Both the position numbers and the translations under genes were made by a program. Of a stretch of DNA of 64,000 nucleotides, positions 9,660-18,614 are shown piece by piece (the stretch's first letter is position 1; every line of letters starts with the position of its first letter). The DNA is taken from assembly GCA_049290235.1 (NCBI GenBank), contig JBATNG010000009.1:185-64184 (forward strand). Direction: 5' to 3'. The DNA is from Candidatus Moraniibacteriota bacterium. Its GTDB lineage: Bacteria; Patescibacteriota; Minisyncoccia; Moranbacterales; UBA1568. A model generated the notes under the pieces. The model searched no databases, had not been told where the DNA came from, and saw nothing but the letters and a program-made list of their open reading frames with translations.

Positions 9660-11006
9660 CTAGCTGTATTTCAAGAGCATGATAATCTCGATCTCACGCG
9701 CGATCTTTTCGACCGTGTCACGCCGGAGCCCCACCCCACCCTGCAGGAAGGATTTATCCAGTTTCCGCGAGAGTTCGATTTGGCCGATAGTGCTCTCAAG
9801 CCGGAGCTTCAAGGCTGCCTGGAGCCGGAGCCTCGCTTCGTCGGAGAATTTCAGATGGAACTCTTTCTCGAGGTAGAGGGCCAGTTTCAAGGCTCCTTCT
9901 TCTGCTGTCGTGCGGAGTGCCTGAGTCATGTCGAGGATACTGCCGACCCGCTTGGCGAATTTGATGGCACGCAGTTTATTCCAGCCAGCGCCACCCTGGT
10001 CCAGTTCGAGGTCGAGCCGATTCGCGAAGAGCGTGACATCGATGTTCTTGAAGAGGAGCTCTTTCAGGAACGCCTCGGCCATAGAGACCTGTTCGTCGGA
10101 GAGTTCGGAGAGGAGGTGGGCGAGGAGCTGTTTGGCTTTGAACGGGATGAGGAGCATGTCGACTTGCTGAGGGAGAAGGTTCTTGAAGGAATTCATGAGA
10201 ATTTTCAGCTCACTGTTCTCTTCCTTGTCTTCCATGAGGAAGTCCTCCATCTTCTTTTCCTTCAGAATGGGGCGCTTTTCCTTGAAGACCTGTTCTTTGA
10301 TAACCCGCCCGTCCTTCATATGGATGACGCGGTCGGCATAAACGAGGTGGTCGGGATTGTGTGTCACCATGATGACAGTCTTCTTGTCGACGTCGTTCAG
10401 CTCCTTCAGGATATCGAGCACGTTCTGGGCGGACTCGGAGTCGAGGTTGCCGACGGGCTCATCGGCGAGGATGATGTCCGGATTGTTCACGAGCGAGCGA
10501 GCGATGGCGACGCGCTGTTTTTGGCCGCCCGAAAGCTGATTGGGCATTTTGTCGCCCTGCTCGGCGATACCGAAACGTCGCAGGAGTGCAAAGCCGTCTT
10601 TTTGACGTTCGGCGGGCGTTTCACCACGGAACACGCGGGGGAGGCAGACATTGTCGAGGATATCGAGAGACGGGATGAGGTAGAACGCCTGAAAAACCAT
10701 ACCGAGCGTACTCTGGTGGAGATCGAGTGTCTCCCGCTCAGTCATTTTTGAAATCGGTTTACCCTTGATGAAGACATCGCCATACGTGGCAGACTGGAGT
10801 CCGGAGATCGAGTAGAGGAGGGTCGATTTGCCGCAGCCGGACGGCCCGAAAATGATCACATACTCCTGGGGGTAGATCGAGATATTCGTCTCTTCGAGCG
10901 CCCGCATCTCATTGGGCTTGCCGCGATTGTAGATGATCCGGAGCTTATCGATCACGATCAATGGATCGACCGATTGCTTCGATGGGGTGGGAAGGGTATC
11001 AGGCAT
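9660..11006 (-). CDS. ABC transporter ATP-binding protein (LolD/MacB/FtsE-like) with ~200-aa alpha-helical C-terminal extension of unknown function
   Basis: Walker [13 protein letters not shown]-loop, signature [15 protein letters not shown], Walker [14 protein letters not shown]-loop VTHNPD within the first ~235 aa. Remaining ~210 aa are charged/helical with no match I recognise. Confidence 0.85.
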   Translation of the reverse strand: MPDTLPTPSKQSVDPLIVIDKLRIIYNRGKPNEMRALEETNISIYPQEYVIIFGPSGCGKSTLLYSISGLQSATYGDVFIKGKPISKMTERETLDLHQSTLGMVFQAFYLIPSLDILDNVCLPRVFRGETPAERQKDGFALLRRFGIAEQGDKMPNQLSGGQKQRVAIARSLVNNPDIILADEPVGNLDSESAQNVLDILKELNDVDKKTVIMVTHNPDHLVYADRVIHMKDGRVIKEQVFKEKRPILKEKKMEDFLMEDKEENSELKILMNSFKNLLPQQVDMLLIPFKAKQLLAHLLSELSDEQVSMAEAFLKELLFKNIDVTLFANRLDLELDQGGAGWNKLRAIKFAKRVGSILDMTQALRTTAEEGALKLALYLEKEFHLKFSDEARLRLQAALKLRLESTIGQIELSRKLDKSFLQGGVGLRRDTVEKIAREIEIIMLLKYS

Positions 11007-11271
11007 TCCTTTTTCTTGTAGGATAGCATATCTTAGCTTAGTTTGGGCATGATTCGCTGTACGGCCGAGAGTGCTTTCGGTATGATGAGGATGCCTGTAT
11101 GAAGCTTTCGACTCAAACCATCTTGATCCTCGGTCTCGTTCAGTGCATCATCCTGACTCTCGTTCTCATACTTTTCTTCCGTTATCAGCACTCACTCGAG
11201 TCAGCCAGACCGGACACCGTTCCAGAGACCAATCTTGAAGTCAGAAAGTAAACAATCTCGATACTGCCATT

Positions 11272-12000
11272 ATGGAAAGCCTTCTTAAATCCCTGCATCC
11301 GATCCTTTATCGGTGCTATCGTCTTCATGACTGGGCGAGCGATTTCCTCGTGCGACACATCTTCAGCGTGAAACGGGGGATTCTGGTCTTGGCGCACCTC
11401 TCTCTCTTCGGCTTTCTCTTTCCCGAGATGCGTAAGGATTTCGGGGAACTCGCGGCCAATCTCCTCATCGTTATCCTGTTCATCAGTCCACTGTCGAAGA
11501 TCTTCCGGATGCGACTCTTCGTCCAGCTCATGATGCTGCGGCGGGAACTCGGCATCATGATGGGCTACCTCGCGACGGTTCACGGAGTGGGCTACCTCAT
11601 TGACCCGGATTGGTTCGGCTTTATCGTGCGGCCACTCTTGCAGGGCGATATCTGGGGCAATGATCCACGCTATGTCTTCGGAATCCTGGCGTATGGACTC
11701 ACACTGCCGCTCCTTCTCACCTCCAATGCCCTCTCTCAGCGGCTTCTGGGGGTGAAGTGGAAGCTGCTCCATCGAACCGTGTATCTCATGTTCGCCTTCG
11801 CGATCATCCACCGCTTCCTCATCAAGGGTGCACCAGCCCTCGTGCTCTTTGAAATCGCGCTGCTCCTCGGTTCGTACGGGCTATTGAAAGCGCTGGCCTG
11901 GAAGAACTTCCTCCCACCCTTGGTGACCGCTATTGGCTTGGTCGCAGAGGACTACCAGCGTTTCAAACAGCCTGTCGTAGCGGAGTCAACCTCGGTCTGA
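11272..12000 (+). CDS. Ferric-reductase-like transmembrane heme-binding protein (MsrQ/YedZ-like)
   Basis: Six predicted TM helices. Conserved histidines in a WK.LHR.VYL...IIHRF pattern characteristic of the ferric reductase TM domain (MsrQ). Only one Cys, so not DsbB/VKOR. Confidence 0.55.
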   Translation: MESLLKSLHPILYRCYRLHDWASDFLVRHIFSVKRGILVLAHLSLFGFLFPEMRKDFGELAANLLIVILFISPLSKIFRMRLFVQLMMLRRELGIMMGYLATVHGVGYLIDPDWFGFIVRPLLQGDIWGNDPRYVFGILAYGLTLPLLLTSNALSQRLLGVKWKLLHRTVYLMFAFAIIHRFLIKGAPALVLFEIALLLGSYGLLKALAWKNFLPPLVTAIGLVAEDYQRFKQPVVAESTSV

Positions 12001-12081
12001 ACGGGTTCTTCAGCCAATGTAGATGATGGAGGGAGGGAGTGGTATACTGGGAGGGTTAATTCTTAGAGACTGTCGAAACGT

Positions 12082-12963
12082 ATGGATGAGATGCAACCAA
12101 TTTCCGAGGGAGAGGCGGTGCAGGCTGAAAAATCCTGTTGCAGGAATCAAGGAGCTTGCCGTTGTGGATATGAGAATGAATCAGGAGAAAAGGGGGCATG
12201 GATCGTCGCGGGTGCGGTGCTGCTCTCGGGGCTGATGGTAGCGGCGAGTATCCTCACTTCTGTGAAACCAGGGAAGTCGACCGGGGCCGATGGGGCACCG
12301 TCCGCCCAACCGACTGCCGCCCAGCCTGCCGCGGCGGTGACACTCGATCAGGTGAAGGCACTCTTCACTTCCAAAAACCTGGCTTTTGGGAACAAAGAGA
12401 GCAAGGTCTTGTTCGTTGAGTTCAGCGATCCAAGTTGTCCGTTCTGTCATGTCGCTGCCGGAAAAAACCCGAGCCTCAATAAGCAAGTCGGGGGTCAGTT
12501 TGTCATGGTGAAGGAAGGTGGGACCTATATCGCACCAGTGCCTGAAATGAAAAAGCTCGTTGATGCCGGTAAGGCCGGTTTCGTCTGGCTCTATGCCAAT
12601 GGGCACGGCAATGGTGAGATGGCGACCAAAGCCCTATACTGCGCTCACGAGAAAGGGAAGTTCTGGGAGGTTCATGATCTTCTCATGAATGAGACGGGCT
12701 ATAGTCTGTTGAACGATGATGTGAAGAACGATATCGCGAAAGCTGGTACACTCGCTAATTTCTTGAAGAGTGCTGTGAGTGTGGGTGAAATGCAGGCTTG
12801 TCTGGAGAGCGGCAAGTATGATAACCGCATTGTCGATGATATGGCAGTAGCTCAGCAATTCGGCTTCCGTGGCACACCGAGCTTCTTCATCAATCAGACC
12901 AATTTCGCTGGGGCTGTCAGCTTCAAAGAAATGCAATCGACAGTGGACAAGTTGCTCAAATAA
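12082..12963 (+). CDS. Membrane-anchored DsbA-like thioredoxin-fold thiol:disulfide oxidoreductase with Cys-rich cytoplasmic N-terminus
   Basis: CPFC active-site motif (FSDPSCPFCHV) in a thioredoxin-like region, DsbA-like helical insertion. N-terminal CCRNQGACRCGY cluster followed by a TM helix (WIVAGAVLLSGLMVAASILTSV). Confidence 0.7.
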   Translation: MDEMQPISEGEAVQAEKSCCRNQGACRCGYENESGEKGAWIVAGAVLLSGLMVAASILTSVKPGKSTGADGAPSAQPTAAQPAAAVTLDQVKALFTSKNLAFGNKESKVLFVEFSDPSCPFCHVAAGKNPSLNKQVGGQFVMVKEGGTYIAPVPEMKKLVDAGKAGFVWLYANGHGNGEMATKALYCAHEKGKFWEVHDLLMNETGYSLLNDDVKNDIAKAGTLANFLKSAVSVGEMQACLESGKYDNRIVDDMAVAQQFGFRGTPSFFINQTNFAGAVSFKEMQSTVDKLLK

Positions 12964-13039
12964 TTCGAGACTTCGCCAGGTGTCTCCCATCCTGGTATCG
13001 GTGGTGAGGAGTATAGTTGGTGAGTTTCCGGGGACAAAA

Positions 13040-13071
13040 AAATCCCATTCCTCTGAAAGGGAGTGGGATTT
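13040..13071. terminator. Bidirectional rho-independent terminator between the convergent DsbA-like gene and rplT
   Basis: 12-bp stem (aaatcccattcc / ggagtgggattt, one G-U) with 8-nt loop, A-run upstream and T-rich downstream. Confidence 0.45.
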
Positions 13072-13088
13072 CTCTGCCTGCAGAAGCC

Positions 13089-13439
13089 TTATTTCGCGAG
13101 GACTTCTTTTACAAAGGTGGTGAAGATGGTCGGATTCTCGACGGCCATCTCGGAGAGGACTTTGCGGTCGAGATCGATCGATTTCCGTTTGAGGAGAGCG
13201 ATGAACTTGGCGTAGGTCGTGCCGTTCTCTCGGAGGGCATTGTTCAGACGAACGATCCAGAGGGCGCGGAAGGTGCGCTTCTTGGCGCGGCGGTCACGGC
13301 GGGCATATTTTCCGGCTTTGATGACGGCTTCCTTTGCCTTGGTGAAGAGCTTCTTGCGGCCCCAACGGTAGCCCTTGGCTTTCTTCAGGATATTCTTGTG
13401 GCGCTTCTTGGTCATCACGCCGCGCTTGACTCGGGACAT
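13089..13439 (-). CDS. rplT: 50S ribosomal protein L20
   Basis: MSRVKRGVMTKKRHKNILKKAKGYRWGRKKLFTKAKEAV... is a canonical L20 sequence, 116 aa, downstream of rpmI and infC. Confidence 0.95.
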   Translation of the reverse strand: MSRVKRGVMTKKRHKNILKKAKGYRWGRKKLFTKAKEAVIKAGKYARRDRRAKKRTFRALWIVRLNNALRENGTTYAKFIALLKRKSIDLDRKVLSEMAVENPTIFTTFVKEVLAK

Positions 13440-13523
13440 ACGGTAGAAAAATCGATATTAGGAATGCTCTATTCTGTCTCAAAAGGGCGAAGAAGTCAAA
13501 TCCTGCTGCCCGTCTGAACCGAT

Positions 13524-13721
13524 TTATGAATGGAGGAGTGCTCGTTTGACGTTCTTCACATCGACCGCGAGGACGACATGGTCGGCACGCTTGGCCCGGG
13601 TGGCCTTGCCGGTATCGCGGGTATTGTAGTGGTTCTGGCCAGTTGAACGGCGCTTCAGCTTGCCGGTCCCGGTGACTTTGAATTTCTTCGAGACATTCTT
13701 CTTCGTCTTCATCTTGGGCAT
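13524..13721 (-). CDS. rpmI: 50S ribosomal protein L35
   Basis: MPKMKTKKNVSKKFKVTGTGKLKRR... is a canonical L35 N-terminus. Start trimmed to the ATG at 13721 (the ORF-track ORF begins 13 codons upstream). Confidence 0.9.
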   Translation of the reverse strand: MPKMKTKKNVSKKFKVTGTGKLKRRSTGQNHYNTRDTGKATRAKRADHVVLAVDVKNVKRALLHS

Positions 13722-13826
13722 AGGGTTAACTGACAACCAACTACTGACAACCGACAACAAATACAGAAGACGATTGTCGGGGATGCGAGTGGTGGGTCGT
13801 GGGTGGTTAGTGGTGGGTTATTTTAA

Positions 13827-14375
13827 TTATTCCGGAGCGATGAGGATGCTGAAACCGCGTGGTCCCCGGGTCACATTCTCTTCGATCTTGTGGGGGACCG
13901 TCAAGGTTTTCACAAAGGCGAGGAGGTTTTCTTTTGCTTTGTCGCCCATGGCCTTCTCGCGACCGCGGAGCATCAGGTCGACCTTGATCTTGTTACCTTT
14001 CAGCATGAACTTCTCGGCTTGGGTCTTCTTGAAGAACAAGTCATGCTTTTCGGTTCGGTAGCCGAGACGGATGCCTTTGGTCTCGACTTTCTTCTGTTTG
14101 GCTTTGGCTGCCTGAGCCTGTTTCGCCTGATGGTACTGCATCTTGCCATAGTCAGTGACACGACAGACGGGGGGCACTGCTTGGGGTGAGACTTCAACGA
14201 GGTCGAGACCCTTCTCCTTGGCGATGACCATCGCATCGGCCGGACTCATGGTCCCGAGATTTTCACCCTCCTCGGTGATCACGACAACTTCGGCAGCGAG
14301 AATTTGCTCGTTGACGAGGTAGCGTTGTTTGACGACAACTTTCGGTTTGGGGCGATGGTGCCTGCGGCGTCTCAT
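13827..14375 (-). CDS. infC: Translation initiation factor IF-3
   Basis: NEQI...EVRLI-like N-terminal region and C-terminal domain (KTQAEKFMLKGNKIKVDLMLRGREKAM). Conserved infC-rpmI-rplT gene order. Confidence 0.95.
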   Translation of the reverse strand: MRRRRHHRPKPKVVVKQRYLVNEQILAAEVVVITEEGENLGTMSPADAMVIAKEKGLDLVEVSPQAVPPVCRVTDYGKMQYHQAKQAQAAKAKQKKVETKGIRLGYRTEKHDLFFKKTQAEKFMLKGNKIKVDLMLRGREKAMGDKAKENLLAFVKTLTVPHKIEENVTRGPRGFSILIAPE

Positions 14376-14472
14376 AAATGACTGACGACCGACAACTTAC
14401 AACTGGCAACATTGAAACCTTAACTGGAGTCGTTGTTGGTTGTTGTGGTTGTTGGTTATTGGTTAGCAAACG

Positions 14473-14875
14473 GGTGGAGTTGATGGGAATTGCACCCATG
14501 TCCAGTAACGTTTATCTAAAATAGTCTACAAGCGTAGTGTGCTTTGGGTACAGACAGAAGGTAGAAAGCGCACAAAATCCTTCCGTCAGCTTTTCTTTGG
14601 CAATACAACTTGAGGCGTAAAGAAAAAGAAATATCCTCGCGTCGTCTCAATGGTTATGGCACCGGAACTTCTCTATTGAGAATCAAGAGTCCGATGGCTT
14701 CGCACTATATTAGGCGAGAGCAGGAGCGAAAGACGGAGCAAAAGCTTGCGCGATTGCGTTCTTTGCTTTGGTGATGAAGTTTGCATTTATCATCGTGAGA
14801 GCGAGTTTTACGACCATGCCCTCAAGGTCGGCTTGCCTATTTTAAAAGTACGCCCTGTCGAGTCTAGACAACCCC
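14473..14875 (-). ncRNA. ssrA: tmRNA (SsrA), ~400 nt, predicted tag peptide AKNAIAQAFAPSFAPALA (or a shorter C-terminal portion)
   Basis: Minus-strand 5' end GGGGUUGUCUAGACUCGACAGGG closely resembles the E. coli tmRNA 5' end GGGGCUGAUUCUGGAUUCGACGGG. 3' end GGACAUGGGUGCAAUUCCCAUCAACUCCACC forms a T-arm plus a 7-bp acceptor stem with G3-U70 wobble (alanine identity), discriminator A and CC. Internal in-frame ORF ends ...GCU CCU GCU CUC GCC UAA. Located immediately downstream of smpB. Confidence 0.8.
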
Positions 14876-14915
14876 CGCCCGCAATACTCCGAAGAGGATT
14901 CCGGGCGGCAGCAGT

Positions 14916-15371
14916 CTAGTAGTTTTTCATCTCCCGGCGGATGCGGCGGTCACTCTCGCGTTTCCCGATGTCGGTCCGCTTGTCGAACTGCTTTTTTCCC
15001 TTCCCGACGGCGAATTCAAGCTTCACGAGTCGCCTCTTAATATACAGACGAATCGGGACCAAAGTCAAGCCTTCGGTCCGGGATTTCCCGATGAGTGAGC
15101 GGATTTCTGATCGGCGGAGGAGGAGGGTGCGCGGCCGGCGATCCTCATGGTGGATCTTCACGCTCGCCCGAGCATAGCGGGGGATGAGGGCATTGGTGAG
15201 GATGAGCTCGTTTCCATGGACGGTGACAAAGGCACCTTTCAGGCTCGCATGGCCGGTCTTCACGCTCTTTACCTCGCCGCCGGTCAAGACCAAACCCGCC
15301 TCATAGTGGTCCTGGAGGGCATAATCAAAAGTCGCGCGGCGATTGTAGGCGATTTCTTTGGTTGGTTTCAT
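14916..15371 (-). CDS. smpB: SsrA-binding protein SmpB
   Basis: Full-length SmpB similarity: GGEVKSVKTGHASLKGAFVTVHGNELILTNALI ... basic C-terminal tail. Confidence 0.95.
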   Translation of the reverse strand: MKPTKEIAYNRRATFDYALQDHYEAGLVLTGGEVKSVKTGHASLKGAFVTVHGNELILTNALIPRYARASVKIHHEDRRPRTLLLRRSEIRSLIGKSRTEGLTLVPIRLYIKRRLVKLEFAVGKGKKQFDKRTDIGKRESDRRIRREMKNY

Positions 15372-15550
15372 ACTCTTTCTCTGACTTTCTACTAGCTTCT
15401 GTATACCAGATATGGCGCTCTAAAGCCATTATTACTCTTATCCGGTAGTTGACAATATACACGAAAGATGCTATTCTGTCCAGTCAAAGGGAAATCTCTT
15501 TGGCCTTGGTTGCGGAGCTGCGCAACAGTGTACGTGTTTGGGAGAAAGTT

Positions 15551-15755
15551 CATGGACAGCAAGAGAATGGGTGAAATTGCCATAGCAATCCTGAAGCAAC
15601 AGCTTCGGGAGGATGGGGTTCACGTCTCGCCTCGCGGCCTCGGAGAGAAGGCCAAAAAGGCAATCAAAATGGGAATTCCTGAGAGTGAGTACCGGGAATT
15701 CGTGGAGGTTATAGTTCGTGCTCACATCGACGAAGTGTTCGAGAAGAAACAGTAG
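15551..15755 (+). CDS. Small hypothetical protein (~67 aa, charged/helical)
   Basis: ATG at 15551 preceded by GGGAGAAAG RBS. The plus-frame product (MDSKRMGEIAIAILKQQLREDG...) looks protein-like, whereas the fully overlapping antisense ORF 15471..15758 does not. Confidence 0.3.
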
Positions 15756-15934
15756 CATGGCGTTGCGCCTCTTTGTCTGGTAGATGGTTGATCCGCTGGA
15801 TTATAAAAGGGTAATTGCACCTCCTCCTTCGGGAGAGTTGGGCAGGATAAGAACCTGATCCTCACACCAGACAGTCTGCCGCGTACCCCACCAGGGTACC
15901 CGGCAGTTTTCTTTTTGTTTACGATATCGAAAGG

Positions 15935-16202
15935 CTTCACCCCGTTAGAAAAACTATAATTCGGACAGTCTCAATATCTTTCGAATCTTTGACGGACAAA
16001 ACAGTGGTATGCTTTACGGACCACCACCTTTTCTAACGGGGTTCACTTTTTGGCTCTTTTGGGCTACGGTAGACAGTATGTCCGGTAGTAGAACTTCAAA
16101 ATTTCTCCTATCGAGCGTGGTATATTTGAAGCACGATACATCTGAAAAATGACAGGGTATAGAAACCAATTTTGATGCCCGTTTGAAGTTCCACTACCGG
16201 AT
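15935..16202 (+). promoter_or_regulatory. Structured leader upstream of argS: two nested long-range inverted repeats, the second occluding the argS start codon
   Basis: Perfect 14-bp inverted repeat ACCCCGTTAGAAAA (15939-15952) / TTTTCTAACGGGGT (16029-16042). 19-bp inverted repeat with one mismatch CCGGTAGTAGAACTTCAAA (16082-16100) / TTTGAAGTTCCACTACCGG (16182-16200), ending 2 nt before the argS AUG. TATAAT hexamer at 15955-15960. Confidence 0.35.
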
Positions 16203-17804
16203 ATGAAAGAGAAAATCGCCAGAGAAATTCAAAGAATATTTGACGAGCACCTAGCCTTTTCTGATGGCAGGCATTTAATCGTTGATGAGGTTTTGCATGT
16301 CGTCCGCCCAACGGAAGAAAGCTTCGGCGATTATACAAGCAATATCGCGCTTGCTTCCTCCAAAGAAATTGGAAAACCACCGAGAGAAATTGCTGAGATT
16401 GTTAAAAAAGAATTCTCTCTCCCGGAGATCGGAAAAATTGAAATCGCTGGACCGGGGCATATCAATTTCTATCTGAGTGATGCGGCATATGCTGAAACGG
16501 TTGCGTACATATTGAAAGAAGGTGGTCGCTACGGGAACTCGATGCAGGGTGCTGGGGAGCGAGTCAACAATGAATTTATCTCGGCCAATCCGACTGGACC
16601 GCTGCACCTCGGCAATGGCCGCGGGGGATTTTATGCCGACAGTCTCGCACGTGTCATGAAGAAAGCCGGTTATGATGTGACGAACGAATACTATGTGAAT
16701 GATGCCGGGGAACAGGTGATGAAGCTCGGACACAGCGTCTTGAGAGACAGCGAGGCGGTGTATGGCGGGGAATACATTGATGAGATAATTTCGAAATTAG
16801 AAATTAGAAATTCGAAACTTTCGGTTCGGGAGGTGGGAGAACGAGCAGCCAAACACATACTTGAACATTTGATTCAACCGATCGTGCAGGATACGATGCG
16901 CGTGCATTTTGATGTTTGGACTTCAGAAAAGAAAATTATTTCTAATGGCTATGTCGACAAGACACTCGCGATTTTGAAAGAAAAGAAACTTACCTTTGAA
17001 TCTGAGGGGGCGCTCTGGCTGCGTACCACCGAGTTCGGCGATGACAAGGACCGGGTGCTGGTGAAGAGCGACGGCTCGAAGACCTACTTCGCCTCGGATG
17101 CCGGGTACATCCTGAACAAGATGGAACGGGGATTCACGACTTTCATCGAGACGTGGGGGGCGGACCATCATGGCTATATCAACCGGTTCAAAGCCGTGGC
17201 CCGAGCACTCGGATTCACGGGCGGGATCCATTTCCTCATCGTGCAATTGGTGAAGCTCGTGAAAGATGGTCAGGAAGTGCGGATGTCGAAGCGGGCCGGG
17301 AATGTTGTCGGGATCGATGAACTCATCGAGAAAGTAGGGCATGATGTCGCGCGTTTCTTCTTCCTCATGTATAGCCCCGACACACACATGAACTTCGATC
17401 TGGGTCTGGCCGAGGAGCGTTCGGAGAAGAATCCAGTCTACTATGTGCAGTACGCGTTCGCTCGTCTCTCGAGTGTTGAGCGGAAAGCGGTTGAGGCGAG
17501 CCTCGTGGCTTCATCAGAGCATCTCGAACTTCTCGTCCATCCGAAGGAGCGCCTGCTCATCCGCGAACTGATGGCATTTCCTGAACTCATCGAACGGATG
17601 GCGAGTGAAAAGACCGTGCACCAGTTGCCGCAGTATGCGGTCCGGCTCGCCGATCGTCTCCACTCGTTCTATGCTGATTGTAAAGTGATCGATGAAACGA
17701 ACCCTGGGCTTTCGGGCGCGCGGCTGGTACTTATCGGTGCGACGAAAACGGTGCTCGGAGAAACGCTTCGCCTCATGGGTGTGAGTGCGCCGGAGAAGAT
17801 GTAA
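16203..17804 (+). CDS. argS: Arginyl-tRNA synthetase
   Basis: Class I aaRS. HIGH-region variant ISANPTGPLHLGNGRGG, KMSKS variant MSKRAGN, ArgRS anticodon-binding C-terminal domain. 533 aa. Confidence 0.95.
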   Translation: MKEKIAREIQRIFDEHLAFSDGRHLIVDEVLHVVRPTEESFGDYTSNIALASSKEIGKPPREIAEIVKKEFSLPEIGKIEIAGPGHINFYLSDAAYAETVAYILKEGGRYGNSMQGAGERVNNEFISANPTGPLHLGNGRGGFYADSLARVMKKAGYDVTNEYYVNDAGEQVMKLGHSVLRDSEAVYGGEYIDEIISKLEIRNSKLSVREVGERAAKHILEHLIQPIVQDTMRVHFDVWTSEKKIISNGYVDKTLAILKEKKLTFESEGALWLRTTEFGDDKDRVLVKSDGSKTYFASDAGYILNKMERGFTTFIETWGADHHGYINRFKAVARALGFTGGIHFLIVQLVKLVKDGQEVRMSKRAGNVVGIDELIEKVGHDVARFFFLMYSPDTHMNFDLGLAEERSEKNPVYYVQYAFARLSSVERKAVEASLVASSEHLELLVHPKERLLIRELMAFPELIERMASEKTVHQLPQYAVRLADRLHSFYADCKVIDETNPGLSGARLVLIGATKTVLGETLRLMGVSAPEKM

Positions 17805-18000
17805 TGTCCGGGGAAGATGCCTCTGAATGTGCTAGAAGATAAAGAGTAACTCCGAAACAAAATTATGTCGAAAAAAACAGTCCGTGAGGATGTATATGCG
17901 CTCTTCTTCGCTGCCAAACTCTCTGTCGTCGTCGTTGGAGCCTTTATCTTTGCGTTCGGTCTCGATATTTACGATATGGTCCAAGCGATTGAACAAATGT

Positions 18001-18612
18001 ATGGTGGCTAAATACGCGGGCAATACCTACTATCTCGTCCGGCACGGCGAAGCGGAGAATAATGTCCGGAATATACTCAACTCTCTGCCGGAGAGGAATA
18101 CCTATCCACTGACGGAGCGTGGTCGGGAACAGGTTGGTGCGACGGCTCGTCTCCTCAGGTCTGTCGAGGTGGATGTTATCTGGAGCTCACCGATTCTACG
18201 GACACGGGAGACGGCGGAAATCATCGCGCACGAGACCGGCCGAGGAGTGAACATCGATGGTCGGTTGTGCGAGGCATACTTCGGCGTCTTCAATGGTCGG
18301 CAGCAGCAGGAGTTCTTGGAGAAGTATCCTGAGGCAGAGATGCGACTCGCTCCGGATCCGGCAGATGGCGTTGAGAGCTATGTCGATATCCGCGGGCGGG
18401 TACGTTCCTTTCTCTCATCGATGAATGAAAGCTATCGAGGGAAGAAAATTGTCATCGTCTCGCACTCTGACACGCTCCAGGAACTCTACGCCGAGCTCTT
18501 CGGCGAACCGGTCGGTGCCGAACAAGGAGTAGGTCATTGGCTCCCCGAGAAGGGGTCCTGCCTCGTCGTGACACCGAACGGCGTTCGCTCACTCAATTTA
18601 GTAACCCAATAA
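18001..18612 (+). CDS. Histidine phosphatase family protein (phosphoglycerate-mutase-like)
   Basis: YYLVRHGEAENN RHG catalytic motif. ETGRGVNID...HSDT second His region. Start set at the ATG at 18001 (MVAKYAG...), since the upstream part of the ORF-track ORF is low complexity. Confidence 0.7.
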   Translation: MVAKYAGNTYYLVRHGEAENNVRNILNSLPERNTYPLTERGREQVGATARLLRSVEVDVIWSSPILRTRETAEIIAHETGRGVNIDGRLCEAYFGVFNGRQQQEFLEKYPEAEMRLAPDPADGVESYVDIRGRVRSFLSSMNESYRGKKIVIVSHSDTLQELYAELFGEPVGAEQGVGHWLPEKGSCLVVTPNGVRSLNLVTQ

Positions 18613-18614
18613 GT

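Noticed and set aside
9780-10751. 323-aa plus-strand ORF
   Set aside because: Antisense to the ABC ATPase gene, which has unambiguous Walker/signature motifs. Shadow ORF.
15471-15758. 95-aa minus-strand ORF
   Set aside because: It fully overlaps the plus-strand small ORF, which has an RBS and a more protein-like composition. The minus product is Cys/Pro/His-rich and atypical.
15760-16200. T-box riboswitch call for the argS leader
   Set aside because: I could not find the conserved T-box sequence (AATTAGGGTGGNACCGCG) or a clear specifier loop by eye. Reported only as a structured leader of unknown class.
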